Part shown: positions 54,781 to 64,000 of the stretch, piece by piece | Layout of the letters: every line of letters starts with the position of its first letter | Numbering within the stretch: position 1 is the first letter of the stretch | Assembly: GCA_964489185.1 (NCBI GenBank) | Contig: CAZAXR010000039.1 | Coordinates: 53,128 to 117,127, forward strand | Direction of reading: 5' to 3' | Length of the DNA: 64,000 nt | From: an uncultured Steroidobacteraceae bacterium | GTDB lineage: Bacteria; Pseudomonadota; Gammaproteobacteria; Steroidobacterales; Steroidobacteraceae | Notes under the pieces: generated by a model | What the model saw: the letters and a program-made list of their open reading frames with translations, nothing else | What the model was told of the DNA's origin: nothing | Database searches by the model: none | Program-made: the position numbers and the translations under genes

Positions 54781-56743
54781 AGCCGATCTTCGCGTGCGTA
54801 CCGTCGCAGAAGGGCTTGTTGGCGCTGCCGCCGCAGCGGCACAGATACGCGGCGGTGCCGCGCGCCACCACGCGCCCGGTGCCGCTGGTGATCTCGAGGT
54901 TGCCGCGCACCCGTAGCGGTCCGTCCGGCTGCGGATTGATCGCCAGCACTCCATCGCGCACCTCCAGCATGTCGGTCTTGCCGGAGGGTGGCTCGCCGCT
55001 GGCCGCGAAGCCGATCTCGTGGTGCGAGCCGTCGCAGAATGGCTTGTTCTTCGAGGCGCCACAGCGGCACAGCGTGGCGCGGTAGCCGGCCGGCGCGCCG
55101 TCGATCTGCAGTTGCCCGCGAAAGGCGTACGGCCCGCCCTCGCGCAGCGTGGCGAGATTCACCGGCGGCAGCGGTTCCTGCGCGCCGCCGTCGAGGCGGC
55201 GGTAGCGGATTGCACCCGAAGGGCAGGCGTGCGCCACCTCCACCAGCTGCTCCACCGGCATGGCATCCGGATGGATCCACGCTCCCTTGACGTTGGCCAG
55301 GAACACCCGCGGCGCCCAGGTGACGCAGAAGCGCGAGTGGATGCAGCGCTGGGCTTCGAAGTCGAGCTCGAGCCGCGCGCCGCGCACGCGCTCCACGCCG
55401 TTGGCGACGGAAGGCTCCGGCGCCGCGGCCGCTGCCGGAGTCGGTGGCGGGGCGGACGGCGCCATCGCGACGCTCGCCGCGGCGCTCAGCTCGAAACCGC
55501 GCGCCGCGCGCGCCGCGAGGCGCGCGAGGGCGTCGGCTGCGGCGCACGCACGCGCCTCGCCCCGCGCGGCGAGCCGTGTGGCCGCTTGCGCGAGCTGGCC
55601 GAAGCGCTCGATGAACAGGCGGCGCGCCGCAACGCCCGGGATGAGCGCGGCGGAGTCGCGCGGTGCGATGAAGGTGACCCCCGCATTGCAGTGGGGGTTG
55701 GAGGGCCCGGCCGGCAGCCGCGCGGCCCGTTCCGCGAGCGGCACCAGCGCCTGCATCAGTCCGATGCCGAGATCCACCGCGAGCGATTTCTCGGGGCCCG
55801 GTCCGCGCACGCTGTAGGCGTAGGCCAGCTGCCGCAGCATCAGCGCATAGCAGGCGTTGGCGAGGTCCACGGTCGCGAACGCCTCCGCATCCTCGATCCA
55901 CACCCGTCCCTCCGGGCGCGGCGGCCGGCGCAGCACCGGATTGGTCGCGGCCGGGAAGGCGGGCACGAACTGCGGGGCTTGCTGCGTGAGCTGCCGCAGC
56001 TCAGAGCGCACGCCGAGAAACTTCTGGAAGTGCGAGCCGGCCGAATCGCGCGGCGCCCCCTCGCCCTGCTCCACGATGGAGGCGAAGGCGGCGAGCGCGG
56101 TCTGCAGGCAGCGCACCGGGCGCGCGCCGGGCAGATTGACCTCCGCGGTCGAGAGCTGCAGCGCCGGGTCGCCGCCGAAGGCCGCGGCCTCGCCGTGCAG
56201 CTCGACGAAGCCGCGCAGCCCCTCGCCGAGGCGCGCGTAGAAATCTCCGACCGTGTTGTAGTCGCGGGCCATCGGGGTGAGGTGCGGGCGCTCGGTGCCG
56301 CGCGCGTACGGGCGCTCACACGCAAAGCCCGCGCCCTCGGGCTCGGTGGACTCGTGCGGACGCTCGAGAAACACGAAGTGCTGCAGCGTCTCGGCGTTGA
56401 AGGGCGCGAGCTTCACGGTGATGCTCGCCGGCAGGTACCCCGGATCGAGCGGGAAGTTCGCGCGTCCGAAGCGCGGGCTGCCGCCGAGCGCTGAGGTGAT
56501 GTTCCACACCGCCGCGAGGTGCCCCATCTCCTCGACCGCCACCTGCAGCAGCACCTGGCGCCAGCGCGCCACCGCGGCGCTCTCCACCGGCTTCAGTCCC
56601 TCCCCGGTGCCGGCCTTGAGGCTGAAGGCGGCGTACAGGTAGGTGCACATGAGATTGTGCTCGAGCTCCGAGGCCTCGTAGAGCCGGTTGATAAGGATTT
56701 CGCGCTGGGTGAGGGGCGGCGCCGCCGCGGTGACTTCGCTCAT
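54767..56743 (-). CDS. Ferritin-like domain protein fused to a YjdI-type divergent 4Fe-4S domain and two CDGSH [2Fe-2S] domains
   Basis: ATG 56743 follows GGAGGG. The N-terminus LINRLYEASELEHNLMCTYLYAAFSL...VAVEEMGHLAAVWNITSALGG is PF12902-like. The middle is FEAQRCIHSRFCVTWAPRVF...WIHPDAMPVEQLVEVAHACPSGAIRY. The C-terminus has LCRCGASKNKPFCDGSHHEIGF and LCRCGGSANKPFCDGTHAKIGF. Confidence 0.8.
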   Translation of the reverse strand: MSEVTAAAPPLTQREILINRLYEASELEHNLMCTYLYAAFSLKAGTGEGLKPVESAAVARWRQVLLQVAVEEMGHLAAVWNITSALGGSPRFGRANFPLDPGYLPASITVKLAPFNAETLQHFVFLERPHESTEPEGAGFACERPYARGTERPHLTPMARDYNTVGDFYARLGEGLRGFVELHGEAAAFGGDPALQLSTAEVNLPGARPVRCLQTALAAFASIVEQGEGAPRDSAGSHFQKFLGVRSELRQLTQQAPQFVPAFPAATNPVLRRPPRPEGRVWIEDAEAFATVDLANACYALMLRQLAYAYSVRGPGPEKSLAVDLGIGLMQALVPLAERAARLPAGPSNPHCNAGVTFIAPRDSAALIPGVAARRLFIERFGQLAQAATRLAARGEARACAAADALARLAARAARGFELSAAASVAMAPSAPPPTPAAAAAPEPSVANGVERVRGARLELDFEAQRCIHSRFCVTWAPRVFLANVKGAWIHPDAMPVEQLVEVAHACPSGAIRYRRLDGGAQEPLPPVNLATLREGGPYAFRGQLQIDGAPAGYRATLCRCGASKNKPFCDGSHHEIGFAASGEPPSGKTDMLEVRDGVLAINPQPDGPLRVRGNLEITSGTGRVVARGTAAYLCRCGGSANKPFCDGTHAKIGFKSR

Positions 56744-56816
56744 AGGCCCTCCGTCATGGGGCGCTATGTGGCACAAATCCCGCCCGCGCGCCATCCCCCA
56801 TCGGGGGGCGGTGGCT

Positions 56817-58403
56817 TCAGAGCGCGTGCTCGCGCGTCTCGCGGAAGCTGATCCCCGGCCAGCGCTCGAGCGTGAGCTGCAGATTGACGCGCGACGGGGC
56901 CAGATACACGAGCAGGCCGCTGTGATCGAGCGCGAGGTGCTCGTGCAGGCGGGCCTTGAACTCCTCGAGCTTGCGCGCATCGCCGCTCTCGACCCAGCGC
57001 GCGGTGTACACCGTCACCGGTTCAAACACGCACTGCACGCCATACTCATCCTGCAGGCGGAACGCCACCACCTCGAACTGCAGCGGCCCGACCGCACCCA
57101 GGATCAGGTCGTTGTTGCGCAGCGGCTTGAACAGCTGCGTGGCGCCCTCCTCGCACAGCTGCGACAGGCCCTTCTGCAGCGCCTTCATCTTCAGGGGATC
57201 CTTGAGCACCGCGCGCCGGAAGATCTCGGGGGCGAAGTTCGGCACGCCGGTGAAGGTGAGCCGCTCGCCCTGGGTGAAGGTGTCGCCGATGTTGATGGTG
57301 CCGTGGTTGTGCAGGCCGATGATGTCGCCCGCGAAGGCCTGCTGCGCCTGGGCACGGTCGGCCGCCATGAAGGTCAGGGCATCCGCCACGCGCACCTCCT
57401 TGCCCAGGCGCACGTGGAACAGACGCATGCCGCGCTCGTAGCGACCCGCGCACAGGCGCAGGAACGCGATCCGGTCACGGTGCGCCGGATCCATGTTGGC
57501 CTGGATCTTGAATACGAACCCGGCGAGCGCCGGCTCCGCAGGCTGCACGGTGCGCTCGCGCGTGGCGCGCGGCAGCGGCGCCGGCGCGCAGGCGCTGAAG
57601 GCGGCGAGCAGCTCCTCGACGCCGAAGTTGTTGATCGCCGAGCCGAAGAACACCGGGGTCTGGCGCCCGGCGCGGTAGGCGGCGAGATCGAAGGCGTGGG
57701 TGGCGCCCTTCACCAGCTCGATCTCCTCCTCGAAGGCGCGCGCCTGCTCGCCGAGGAACTGCCGCGCGGCCGGGCTCGCGAGCTGCTCGATGGTGCGGTT
57801 CTCGCCCACGCGGCCGCGCTCGCCGGGCTCGTACACGTAGATGCGGTCCTCGGCGAGGTGATAGATGCCGCGCAGCTCGCGGCCCATGCCGATCGGCCAG
57901 GTGACCGCGGCGGTGCCGATGCCGAGTACGCGCTCGATTTCGTCGAGCAGCTCGATCGGGGGGCGCCCGTCGCGGTCGAGCTTGTTGATGAAGGTCATGA
58001 TCGGGGTATCGCGCAGCCGGCACACCTCCATCAGCTTGATGGTGCGTTCCTCGACGCCCTTGGCGCAGTCGATGACCATGAGCGCCGAATCCACCGCGGT
58101 GAGGGTACGGTAGGTGTCCTCGGAGAAATCCTCGTGGCCCGGTGTGTCGAGCAGGTTCACGATGCAGTCGCGGTACGGGAACTGCATCACCGAGGAGGTG
58201 ACGGAGATGCCGCGCTGCTGCTCGAGCCGCATCCAGTCCGAGGTCGCATGGCGCGCGGCCTTGCGGCCCTTGACGGTGCCGGCCATCTGGATGGCGCCGC
58301 CGAACAGCAGCAGCTTCTCGGTGAGCGTGGTCTTGCCGGCGTCCGGGTGCGAGATGATCGCAAACGTGCGGCGCCGAAGGATCTCGGCAGCGAGCTCAGT
58401 CAT
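56817..58403 (-). CDS. prfC: Peptide chain release factor 3
   Basis: [29 protein letters not shown]...[18 protein letters not shown]...INKLDR (528 aa). Confidence 0.95.
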   Translation of the reverse strand: MTELAAEILRRRTFAIISHPDAGKTTLTEKLLLFGGAIQMAGTVKGRKAARHATSDWMRLEQQRGISVTSSVMQFPYRDCIVNLLDTPGHEDFSEDTYRTLTAVDSALMVIDCAKGVEERTIKLMEVCRLRDTPIMTFINKLDRDGRPPIELLDEIERVLGIGTAAVTWPIGMGRELRGIYHLAEDRIYVYEPGERGRVGENRTIEQLASPAARQFLGEQARAFEEEIELVKGATHAFDLAAYRAGRQTPVFFGSAINNFGVEELLAAFSACAPAPLPRATRERTVQPAEPALAGFVFKIQANMDPAHRDRIAFLRLCAGRYERGMRLFHVRLGKEVRVADALTFMAADRAQAQQAFAGDIIGLHNHGTINIGDTFTQGERLTFTGVPNFAPEIFRRAVLKDPLKMKALQKGLSQLCEEGATQLFKPLRNNDLILGAVGPLQFEVVAFRLQDEYGVQCVFEPVTVYTARWVESGDARKLEEFKARLHEHLALDHSGLLVYLAPSRVNLQLTLERWPGISFRETREHAL

Positions 58404-58418
58404 GGTAGCGCCGCGGGC

Positions 58419-58922
58419 TCAGCCGGGGGTGGGGGCGGCAGCAGCGCGCAGCGTGCGCCTGAGCACCGCGGCATCTTCGCGGCCGCCGACGGCCTGGTAG
58501 TAGCCGCGGCGCATGCCGACCTGCTCGAAGCCCAGCGACAGGTACAGGCGGATCGCGGCGGTGTTCGAGGGGCGCACCTCCAGAAACGCCTCCCCCATGC
58601 CGGCGAGCGTGGCGCGCTCGATGAGCGAGTTCAGCAGGCGCTTGCCCACGCCGCGGCAGCGGAACGTCTCCCGCACGCACAGATTGAGGATGTGCGCCTC
58701 GCCCGCCCCGAGGCTCATCACTCCGTAGGCCATCACCTGGCGGCTGACCGTCATCACCCGGCACACGTAGCCCACCCGCAGGCAGTCGCGGAAGATCCCC
58801 TCGCTCCAGGGAAACTGGTAGGAGGCGCGCTCCAGGGTGACCACGTCCGCAACGTCCGCCACGCGCATCGGGCGGATCAGCACCTCGGGGGTGGACTTCA
58901 GCAGTTCAGGAGCCGTCGCCAT
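58419..58922 (-). CDS. rimI: Ribosomal-protein-alanine N-acetyltransferase
   Basis: IRPMRVADVADVVTLERASYQFPWSEGIFRDCL...RRGVGKRLLNSLI...LEVRPSNTAAIRLYLSLGFEQVGMRRGYY. Confidence 0.85.
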   Translation of the reverse strand: MATAPELLKSTPEVLIRPMRVADVADVVTLERASYQFPWSEGIFRDCLRVGYVCRVMTVSRQVMAYGVMSLGAGEAHILNLCVRETFRCRGVGKRLLNSLIERATLAGMGEAFLEVRPSNTAAIRLYLSLGFEQVGMRRGYYQAVGGREDAAVLRRTLRAAAAPTPG

Positions 58923-59634
58923 CGGTTGTCTGGGTGAGTCGCTGGTAGACGCTGCGCGCGAATTTTAAATCTTCCCATGCCTTGCGCTTGTCCGCCGGGG
59001 TCCGCAGCAGGTAGGCGGGATGATAAGTGACGACCAGGGGGGTGTTGAACTCGCCGAAGCGGTGCACCTGCCCGCGCAGGCGGGAGAGCGGTGCCTCGGT
59101 CCCGAGCAGGTTCTGGGCGGCGATGCGGCCCACCGCCAGGATGATCTTCGGCTGCAGCAGCGCCACCTGGCGCAGCAGGTACGGCATGCAGGCCGCGACT
59201 TCCTCGGGTTTGGGATCGCGGTTGCCGGGGGGCCGGCTCTTGAGCACGTTGGCGATGTAGACGTTGCTGCGGCGGTCGAGCCCGATAGCCTTCAGCATGG
59301 CATCGAGCAGCTGCCCGGCCGCTCCCACGAAGGGTTCCCCGCGACGGTCCTCCTCCGCCCCCGGCGCCTCTCCGATCACCAGCCAGTCGGTGCGCAGCGG
59401 CCCCACCCCGAGCACCCCCTGGGTGCGGGTGCGGTGCAGCGTACAGCGGGTGCAGCCGCGCACCTCGGCACGCAGGCCCTCCCAGGCCGCCGTGTCACTC
59501 AGGGGTGCATCGGCGCGGGCCGGCGCCGCGGGCAGCGGGTGCGGCGCCGCGGACGGGCCGCGCCTGGCATCGCGCGCCACCCACAGATCGATGCCGATCG
59601 CCTCCAGGTACTGACGCTGCCGCTCGGAATGCAC
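58906..59634 (-). CDS. Uracil-DNA glycosylase, family 4
   Basis: [51 protein letters not shown]...HPAYLLR. The Cys pattern is consistent with the 4Fe-4S UDG family. Confidence 0.85.
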   Translation of the reverse strand: MHSERQRQYLEAIGIDLWVARDARRGPSAAPHPLPAAPARADAPLSDTAAWEGLRAEVRGCTRCTLHRTRTQGVLGVGPLRTDWLVIGEAPGAEEDRRGEPFVGAAGQLLDAMLKAIGLDRRSNVYIANVLKSRPPGNRDPKPEEVAACMPYLLRQVALLQPKIILAVGRIAAQNLLGTEAPLSRLRGQVHRFGEFNTPLVVTYHPAYLLRTPADKRKAWEDLKFARSVYQRLTQTTDGDGS

Positions 59635-59644
59635 GCCGAACGCC

Positions 59645-60424
59645 CTAGGTCGAGGATGGTGCGCCGCGCAGCAGACGCCGCAGACGCCGTCCGACCCACA
59701 GAAGCGGCGCCGACACCGCGTAGGTGCCGAACACCGACAGCAGCATCGTGGGTGGGTCGACGGCGATCAGCACGAACACCAGCGGCACCAGCAGCAGGTA
59801 GACGAAGCGCACGCGCTTGTCGAGGTGGAACTGCTTGAAACTCGGGTAGCCGAAGCGGCTCACCATCAGCGCGCCGGCGCTGGCCGTGACCACGAACGCG
59901 GCGATCAGGCCGCCGAGACCCGGTTCATGCCAGTCGCTCACGAACCACACGAAGGCCGCCACGATGGCGGCCGCGGACGGGCTCGGCAGACCCTCGAAAT
60001 AGCGCTTGTCGGCCACCGCGGCACGCGCATTGAAGCGCGCCAGGCGCAGTGCCGCCGCCACCGCATAGAAGAAGCACGCCAGCCACCCGAAGCGCCCCCA
60101 GTGATGACCGAATTCGGCGATGCGCACCACGCCCCACTGGTAGGCGACGATGGCGGGGGCGAGCCCGAAGGAGACCATGTCGGCGAGCGAGTCGTACTCC
60201 TTGCCGAAGGAGCTCTCGGTGCGCGTCAGGCGCGCGATGCGCCCGTCGAGCGTGTCGAAGATCATGGCCGCGAACACCGCCATGCCGGCGTGATCGAAGT
60301 GCTTGTCGATGCCCGCCACCACCGCATAGAAGCCCGAGAACAGGCAGCCGGTGGTCAGCAGGTTCGGCAGCAGGTAGATGCCCTTGCCGCGGGGCCTGGT
60401 GTACTCGTCGGTGTCGGTCGCCAC
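59645..60424 (-). CDS. pssA: CDP-diacylglycerol--serine O-phosphatidyltransferase
   Basis: The start is GTG. The CDP-alcohol phosphatidyltransferase motif is [31 protein letters not shown], with multiple TM segments. Confidence 0.85.
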   Translation of the reverse strand: MATDTDEYTRPRGKGIYLLPNLLTTGCLFSGFYAVVAGIDKHFDHAGMAVFAAMIFDTLDGRIARLTRTESSFGKEYDSLADMVSFGLAPAIVAYQWGVVRIAEFGHHWGRFGWLACFFYAVAAALRLARFNARAAVADKRYFEGLPSPSAAAIVAAFVWFVSDWHEPGLGGLIAAFVVTASAGALMVSRFGYPSFKQFHLDKRVRFVYLLLVPLVFVLIAVDPPTMLLSVFGTYAVSAPLLWVGRRLRRLLRGAPSST

Positions 60425-60490
60425 GCCGGCAATCTTAGCAGGGGGCTCCTGCTAAGATGCCACGCTCGAATTGCCAGCCACTCGCAAGCG

Positions 60491-62200
60491 ATGCAGCTCT
60501 CCCGGTACCCCATAAACACCATGAAAGAGACCCCCGCGGAAGCGGAGGTCGTCAGCCACCAGCTGATGCTGCGCGCCGGTCTCATCCGGCGCCTGGCGGC
60601 TGGGCTCTACAGCTGGCTGCCGCTGGGCTTGCGGGTGCTGCGCAAGGTGGAGCGCATCGTGCGCGAGGAAATGGACCGTGCCGGGGCGCTCGAGGTGGTG
60701 ATGCCGGTGGTGCAGCCGGCGGAGCTGTGGCAGGAGTCAGGCCGCTGGACGCAGTACGGCCCGGAGCTGCTGCGCTTCAAGGACCGGCACGAGCGCGACT
60801 TCGTGGCCGGCCCCACGCACGAGGAAGTGATCACCGACATCGCGCGGCGCGAGCTGCAGAGCTACCGCCAGCTGCCGGTCAACTTCTACCAGATCCAGAC
60901 CAAGTTCCGCGACGAGGTGCGCCCGCGCTTCGGCGTCATGCGCGCGCGCGAGTTCATCATGAAGGACGCGTACTCCTTCCACCTCGACGAAGCCTCGCTG
61001 CAGGCCGGCTACCGCGCCATGTACGAGGCCTATACGCGCATCTTCACGCGCACCGGCCTCACCTTCCGCGCCGTGCGCGCCGACTCCGGCGCCATCGGCG
61101 GGGACGTGTCGCAGGAGTTCCACGTGCTCGCCGCATCCGGCGAGGACGCCGTCGTGTTCTCGGACGAGGACGACTACGCGGCCAGTCTCGAGGTGGCGGC
61201 GGCGCTGCCGCCGCGCGCGCCGCGCCCGGCGCCGCGCGAGACGCTGCGCAAGCTGCCCACGCCCGGGGCGCGCACCATCGAGGAGCTGGCGCGCTTCCTG
61301 AAGGTCGAGCCGGCACGCTGCCTGAAGACCCTGATCGTCGACGGCCAGGGTGAGGAAGTGGTGGCCCTGGTGGTGCGCGGCGATCACGAGCTCAATGCGC
61401 TCAAGGCGCAGAAGCTGCCGGGGGTGGCCAATCCGCTGCGCATGGCGAGCGCGGCGCGGGTGCTCGCCGCTACCGGCACCGAGCCCGGTTACGTGGGCCT
61501 GCCCGGCCTCAAGTGTCGCGTGTACGCCGACCACAGCGCGCTCGCGCTGGCGGACTTCGTGTGCGGCGCCAACGAGAAGGACATGCACTTCACCGGCGTC
61601 AACTGGGGACGCGACGTGCCCGAGCCGCAGGCGGCCGACCTGCGCAGGGTGGTCGAGGGCGACCCCAGCCCCTCCGGCCGCGGGCGCCTCAAAGTGGCCC
61701 GTGGCATCGAGGTGGGCCACATCTTCCAGCTGGGCCGCAAGTACAGCGAGCCGATGAAGGCGGTGGTACTGGACGAGGCAGGCAAGGAGGTCACGCTCCT
61801 AATGGGCTGCTATGGCATAGGTGTGACGCGCATCGTCGCCGCGGCAATCGAGCAGAACCACGATGAGCGCGGCATCATCTGGCCGGAGCCGCTCGCACCG
61901 TTCCAGGTAGTGCTGGTACCACTGAATCTGCAAAAATCCGCCCGTGTCCGCGAAGTCAGCGACCGCCTGTATGAGCAGCTCTGCGCCGCCGGAGTCGAGG
62001 TGCTGTACGACGACCGCGACGCGCGTCCCGGGGTCAAGTTCGCGGACGCGGAGCTGCTGGGCATTCCGCATCGCGTGGTGGTGGCCGAGCGCGGACTGGA
62101 GGCGGGCAAGCTCGAGTACCGCCAGCGCCGCGATACCGCTAGCACCGACTTCCCGCTCGGCGACGCGCTCGCTTTTGTGCGCGCGCGTCTCGGGGCCTGA
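60491..62200 (+). CDS. proS: Proline--tRNA ligase (bacterial type with editing domain)
   Basis: [46 protein letters not shown]...[25 protein letters not shown]...[11 protein letters not shown] (569 aa). Confidence 0.95.
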   Translation: MQLSRYPINTMKETPAEAEVVSHQLMLRAGLIRRLAAGLYSWLPLGLRVLRKVERIVREEMDRAGALEVVMPVVQPAELWQESGRWTQYGPELLRFKDRHERDFVAGPTHEEVITDIARRELQSYRQLPVNFYQIQTKFRDEVRPRFGVMRAREFIMKDAYSFHLDEASLQAGYRAMYEAYTRIFTRTGLTFRAVRADSGAIGGDVSQEFHVLAASGEDAVVFSDEDDYAASLEVAAALPPRAPRPAPRETLRKLPTPGARTIEELARFLKVEPARCLKTLIVDGQGEEVVALVVRGDHELNALKAQKLPGVANPLRMASAARVLAATGTEPGYVGLPGLKCRVYADHSALALADFVCGANEKDMHFTGVNWGRDVPEPQAADLRRVVEGDPSPSGRGRLKVARGIEVGHIFQLGRKYSEPMKAVVLDEAGKEVTLLMGCYGIGVTRIVAAAIEQNHDERGIIWPEPLAPFQVVLVPLNLQKSARVREVSDRLYEQLCAAGVEVLYDDRDARPGVKFADAELLGIPHRVVVAERGLEAGKLEYRQRRDTASTDFPLGDALAFVRARLGA

Positions 62201-62828
62201 TCCGGGCAGGGGCGCGCGCGGCGCGCTCGCAACGCTCCTGGCGCTCACCCTGCTCAGTGCCGCGGCGGCGCGCGCCGATCAGCAGCGCGATCCGGAGCTC
62301 GAGTCGGTGGTCGCCAGGGCCATCGCCCAGGCGCAGTGCTTCAGCGACCAGTACGACTCGGCGGTGTGGTACACGCTGATGGAGCCGCGGCTGCGCAACC
62401 TGGTCAAGCAAAAGGACGAGCGCCTGGACATCCTGCAGCAGGTGTACTGCGAGACGCACCGCAGCGGCGAGGCGCGGCTGCCGCCCGGACTGGTGATGGC
62501 GCTGATCGCGGTGGAGAGCCGCTTCGACCGCTGGGCCGTGTCATCCGCCGGCGCCGTGGGCCTGATGCAGGTGATGCCCTTCTGGCCCGAAAAGCTCGGC
62601 ATGCACCGCTACGAGCTGGTGCACGTCGCACCTAACGTCCGCATGGGCTGCGCGATCCTGCGCTACTACATGCGCTACGAGCACTTCGACGTGCGCAAGG
62701 CACTCGCCCGCTACAACGGCAGCCCCGGCCAGCGCAACTACCCGGACCTGGTGATCAGCCAGTGGGGCCGCTGGGGCGGCGCGGACGACCTGGGATTTCC
62801 GAAGATCAAGGTGACGCCGATCCACTGA
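62175..62828 (+). CDS. Lytic transglycosylase (SLT domain), exported
   Basis: [30 protein letters not shown]...AILRYYM...ALARYNGS carries the SLT catalytic Glu motif. The leader is [18 protein letters not shown]|DQ. The start is uncertain: I propose TTG 62175, which overlaps the end of proS. Confidence 0.75.
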   Translation: MCARVSGPDPGRGARGALATLLALTLLSAAAARADQQRDPELESVVARAIAQAQCFSDQYDSAVWYTLMEPRLRNLVKQKDERLDILQQVYCETHRSGEARLPPGLVMALIAVESRFDRWAVSSAGAVGLMQVMPFWPEKLGMHRYELVHVAPNVRMGCAILRYYMRYEHFDVRKALARYNGSPGQRNYPDLVISQWGRWGGADDLGFPKIKVTPIH

Positions 62829-62841
62829 CCGGCGCGCGGGC

Positions 62842-64000
62842 CTAACCGGTACCGTGACGGCGCTGCCCCTCCTGGGGCGCGAGCATGCGCGCCACCCCTT
62901 CGCGGCGTGAATCAGCAGCGCCTTCGTAGCTGCCGTCGGGGCGGCGCACTACGGCATGCAGCCCTGAGTTCTCGGCCCGGCCGGATTTGAGTTCGATGCC
63001 GCGATCGCGCAGGCCGGCGACCACCGCCGGCGGAAAACGCCCGATCTCGCCGCTGAAGGCGGTACCGCGCGCGATCAGGTTCGGCAGCTCGATCGCCTGC
63101 TTGATGGGCAGTTTCCAGGCGAGCAGCGCCACCAGCGTCTTGGCGTTGTATTCGAGGATGGCGTTGCCGCCGGGCGAACCGAGCGCGGCCACGAAGTCGC
63201 CGGCTTTATCCAGCACGATGACGGGCGCCATCGAGGAGCGCGGGCGCTTGCCGCCGCGCACGGCGTTCGCCACCGGGCCGGCGGCGTCTTCCGGCACGAA
63301 CGAGAAATCGGTGAGCTGATTGTTCAGCACGAAGCCGCCGACGGTCCGGCCGGAGCCGAATATCGATTCGACCGTGGTGGTCATCGACACCACGTCCCCG
63401 TCCGCGTCCACGATCACGAAATGGCTCGTGCCCGCGGATTCAGTGGTGGCATCGCGGCCGCGCGGCAGCGCGATGTCCCCGGGCGGCGGGGGCGCACCCG
63501 CGTGCTGGCCGATGAGCGCCGCGCGCAGCTTCACGTAGGCCGGATCGAGCATGCGCTCCACCGGCACCGGCACGAAGTGCGGATCGCCGACATAGCGGTC
63601 GCGATCGGCGTACATGAGACGGCTCGCCTGCGCGAACAGGAACCACGCCTGTGGGTCCGACGCGGAGCGCGCGGCGATGTCGGTGCGGTCGAGGATCGAG
63701 AGCATCTGCAGCAGCGACACCCCGCTCGAGGGGGGCGGCGGCACGCACACCGAGTAGCTGCGGAACGGGCGGCACAGCGGCTGCGCCCAGTCGGGACGGT
63801 ACGAGGACAGATCCTTGGAGGTCATCGTGCCCGGCAGCGGCTGCAGGTGCGTCGCCGTCACAATGTCCGCGGCGATCGAGCCGGTGTACAGCGCGCGCGG
63901 ACCCTCCTTGGCGATGCGCTCGAGCGTGTGTGCGTACTCGGGATTCTGGAACAGGTCGCCCTCCTCGATCGTCGCGCCATCCGGGCGCGAGAACAGCGTG
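62842..64000 (-). CDS. ggt: Gamma-glutamyltransferase, C-terminal about 385 aa (5-prime end outside the window)
   Basis: The autoprocessing site GTSHFVIVDADGDVVSMTTTVES is followed by NNQLTDFSF and SSMAPVIVL. The frame stays open upstream of the listed ATG to position 64000 (...NPEYAHTLERIAKEGPRALYTGSIAADIV). Confidence 0.9.
   Translation of the reverse strand, partial: TLFSRPDGATIEEGDLFQNPEYAHTLERIAKEGPRALYTGSIAADIVTATHLQPLPGTMTSKDLSSYRPDWAQPLCRPFRSYSVCVPPPPSSGVSLLQMLSILDRTDIAARSASDPQAWFLFAQASRLMYADRDRYVGDPHFVPVPVERMLDPAYVKLRAALIGQHAGAPPPPGDIALPRGRDATTESAGTSHFVIVDADGDVVSMTTTVESIFGSGRTVGGFVLNNQLTDFSFVPEDAAGPVANAVRGGKRPRSSMAPVIVLDKAGDFVAALGSPGGNAILEYNAKTLVALLAWKLPIKQAIELPNLIARGTAFSGEIGRFPPAVVAGLRDRGIELKSGRAENSGLHAVVRRPDGSYEGAADSRREGVARMLAPQEGQRRHGTG

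Overview
The window is high-GC (roughly 68-70% by eye) chromosomal DNA, densely coding on both strands. Its synteny looks gammaproteobacterial: lptG-lptF divergent from pepA and followed by valS, a pssA-udg-rimI-prfC string, and proS. Most of it is housekeeping. I support about 60 CDS. These include an activated-methyl-cycle block (folD, ahcY, metK and a PfkB adenosine-kinase-like gene) with a clearly recognisable SAH riboswitch in front of ahcY. There are also two ECF sigma/anti-sigma pairs, a GldA/F/G-type ABC system with a DUF4340 gene, a MoxR-DUF58-transglutaminase module, several secreted peptidases (M13, M61, S8, M28 fragment, GGT fragment) and two frame-disrupted genes (GFA family and GNAT/PAT-like). 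I saw no rRNA, tRNA, CRISPR array, transposase, integrase or recognisable defence system. The best candidate for something undescribed is the five-gene operon at 673-5387, in which every product carries a signal peptide. It encodes two paralogous pilin-like subunits, a small secreted protein, a protein with PapD-chaperone-like sequence patterns, and a 684-aa predicted outer-membrane protein ending in a Cna-B/CarboxypepD_reg-like domain that does not look like a classical PapC usher. Secondary curiosities are a ferritin-like + YjdI-type 4Fe-4S + 2x CDGSH fusion protein, an ECF sigma/anti-sigma/S8-protease operon, an S1/P1 nuclease translationally coupled to a small secreted protein, and a LuxR-HTH/VOC fusion. 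All family assignments come from reading the translated ORFs by eye. No database or HMM search was run.
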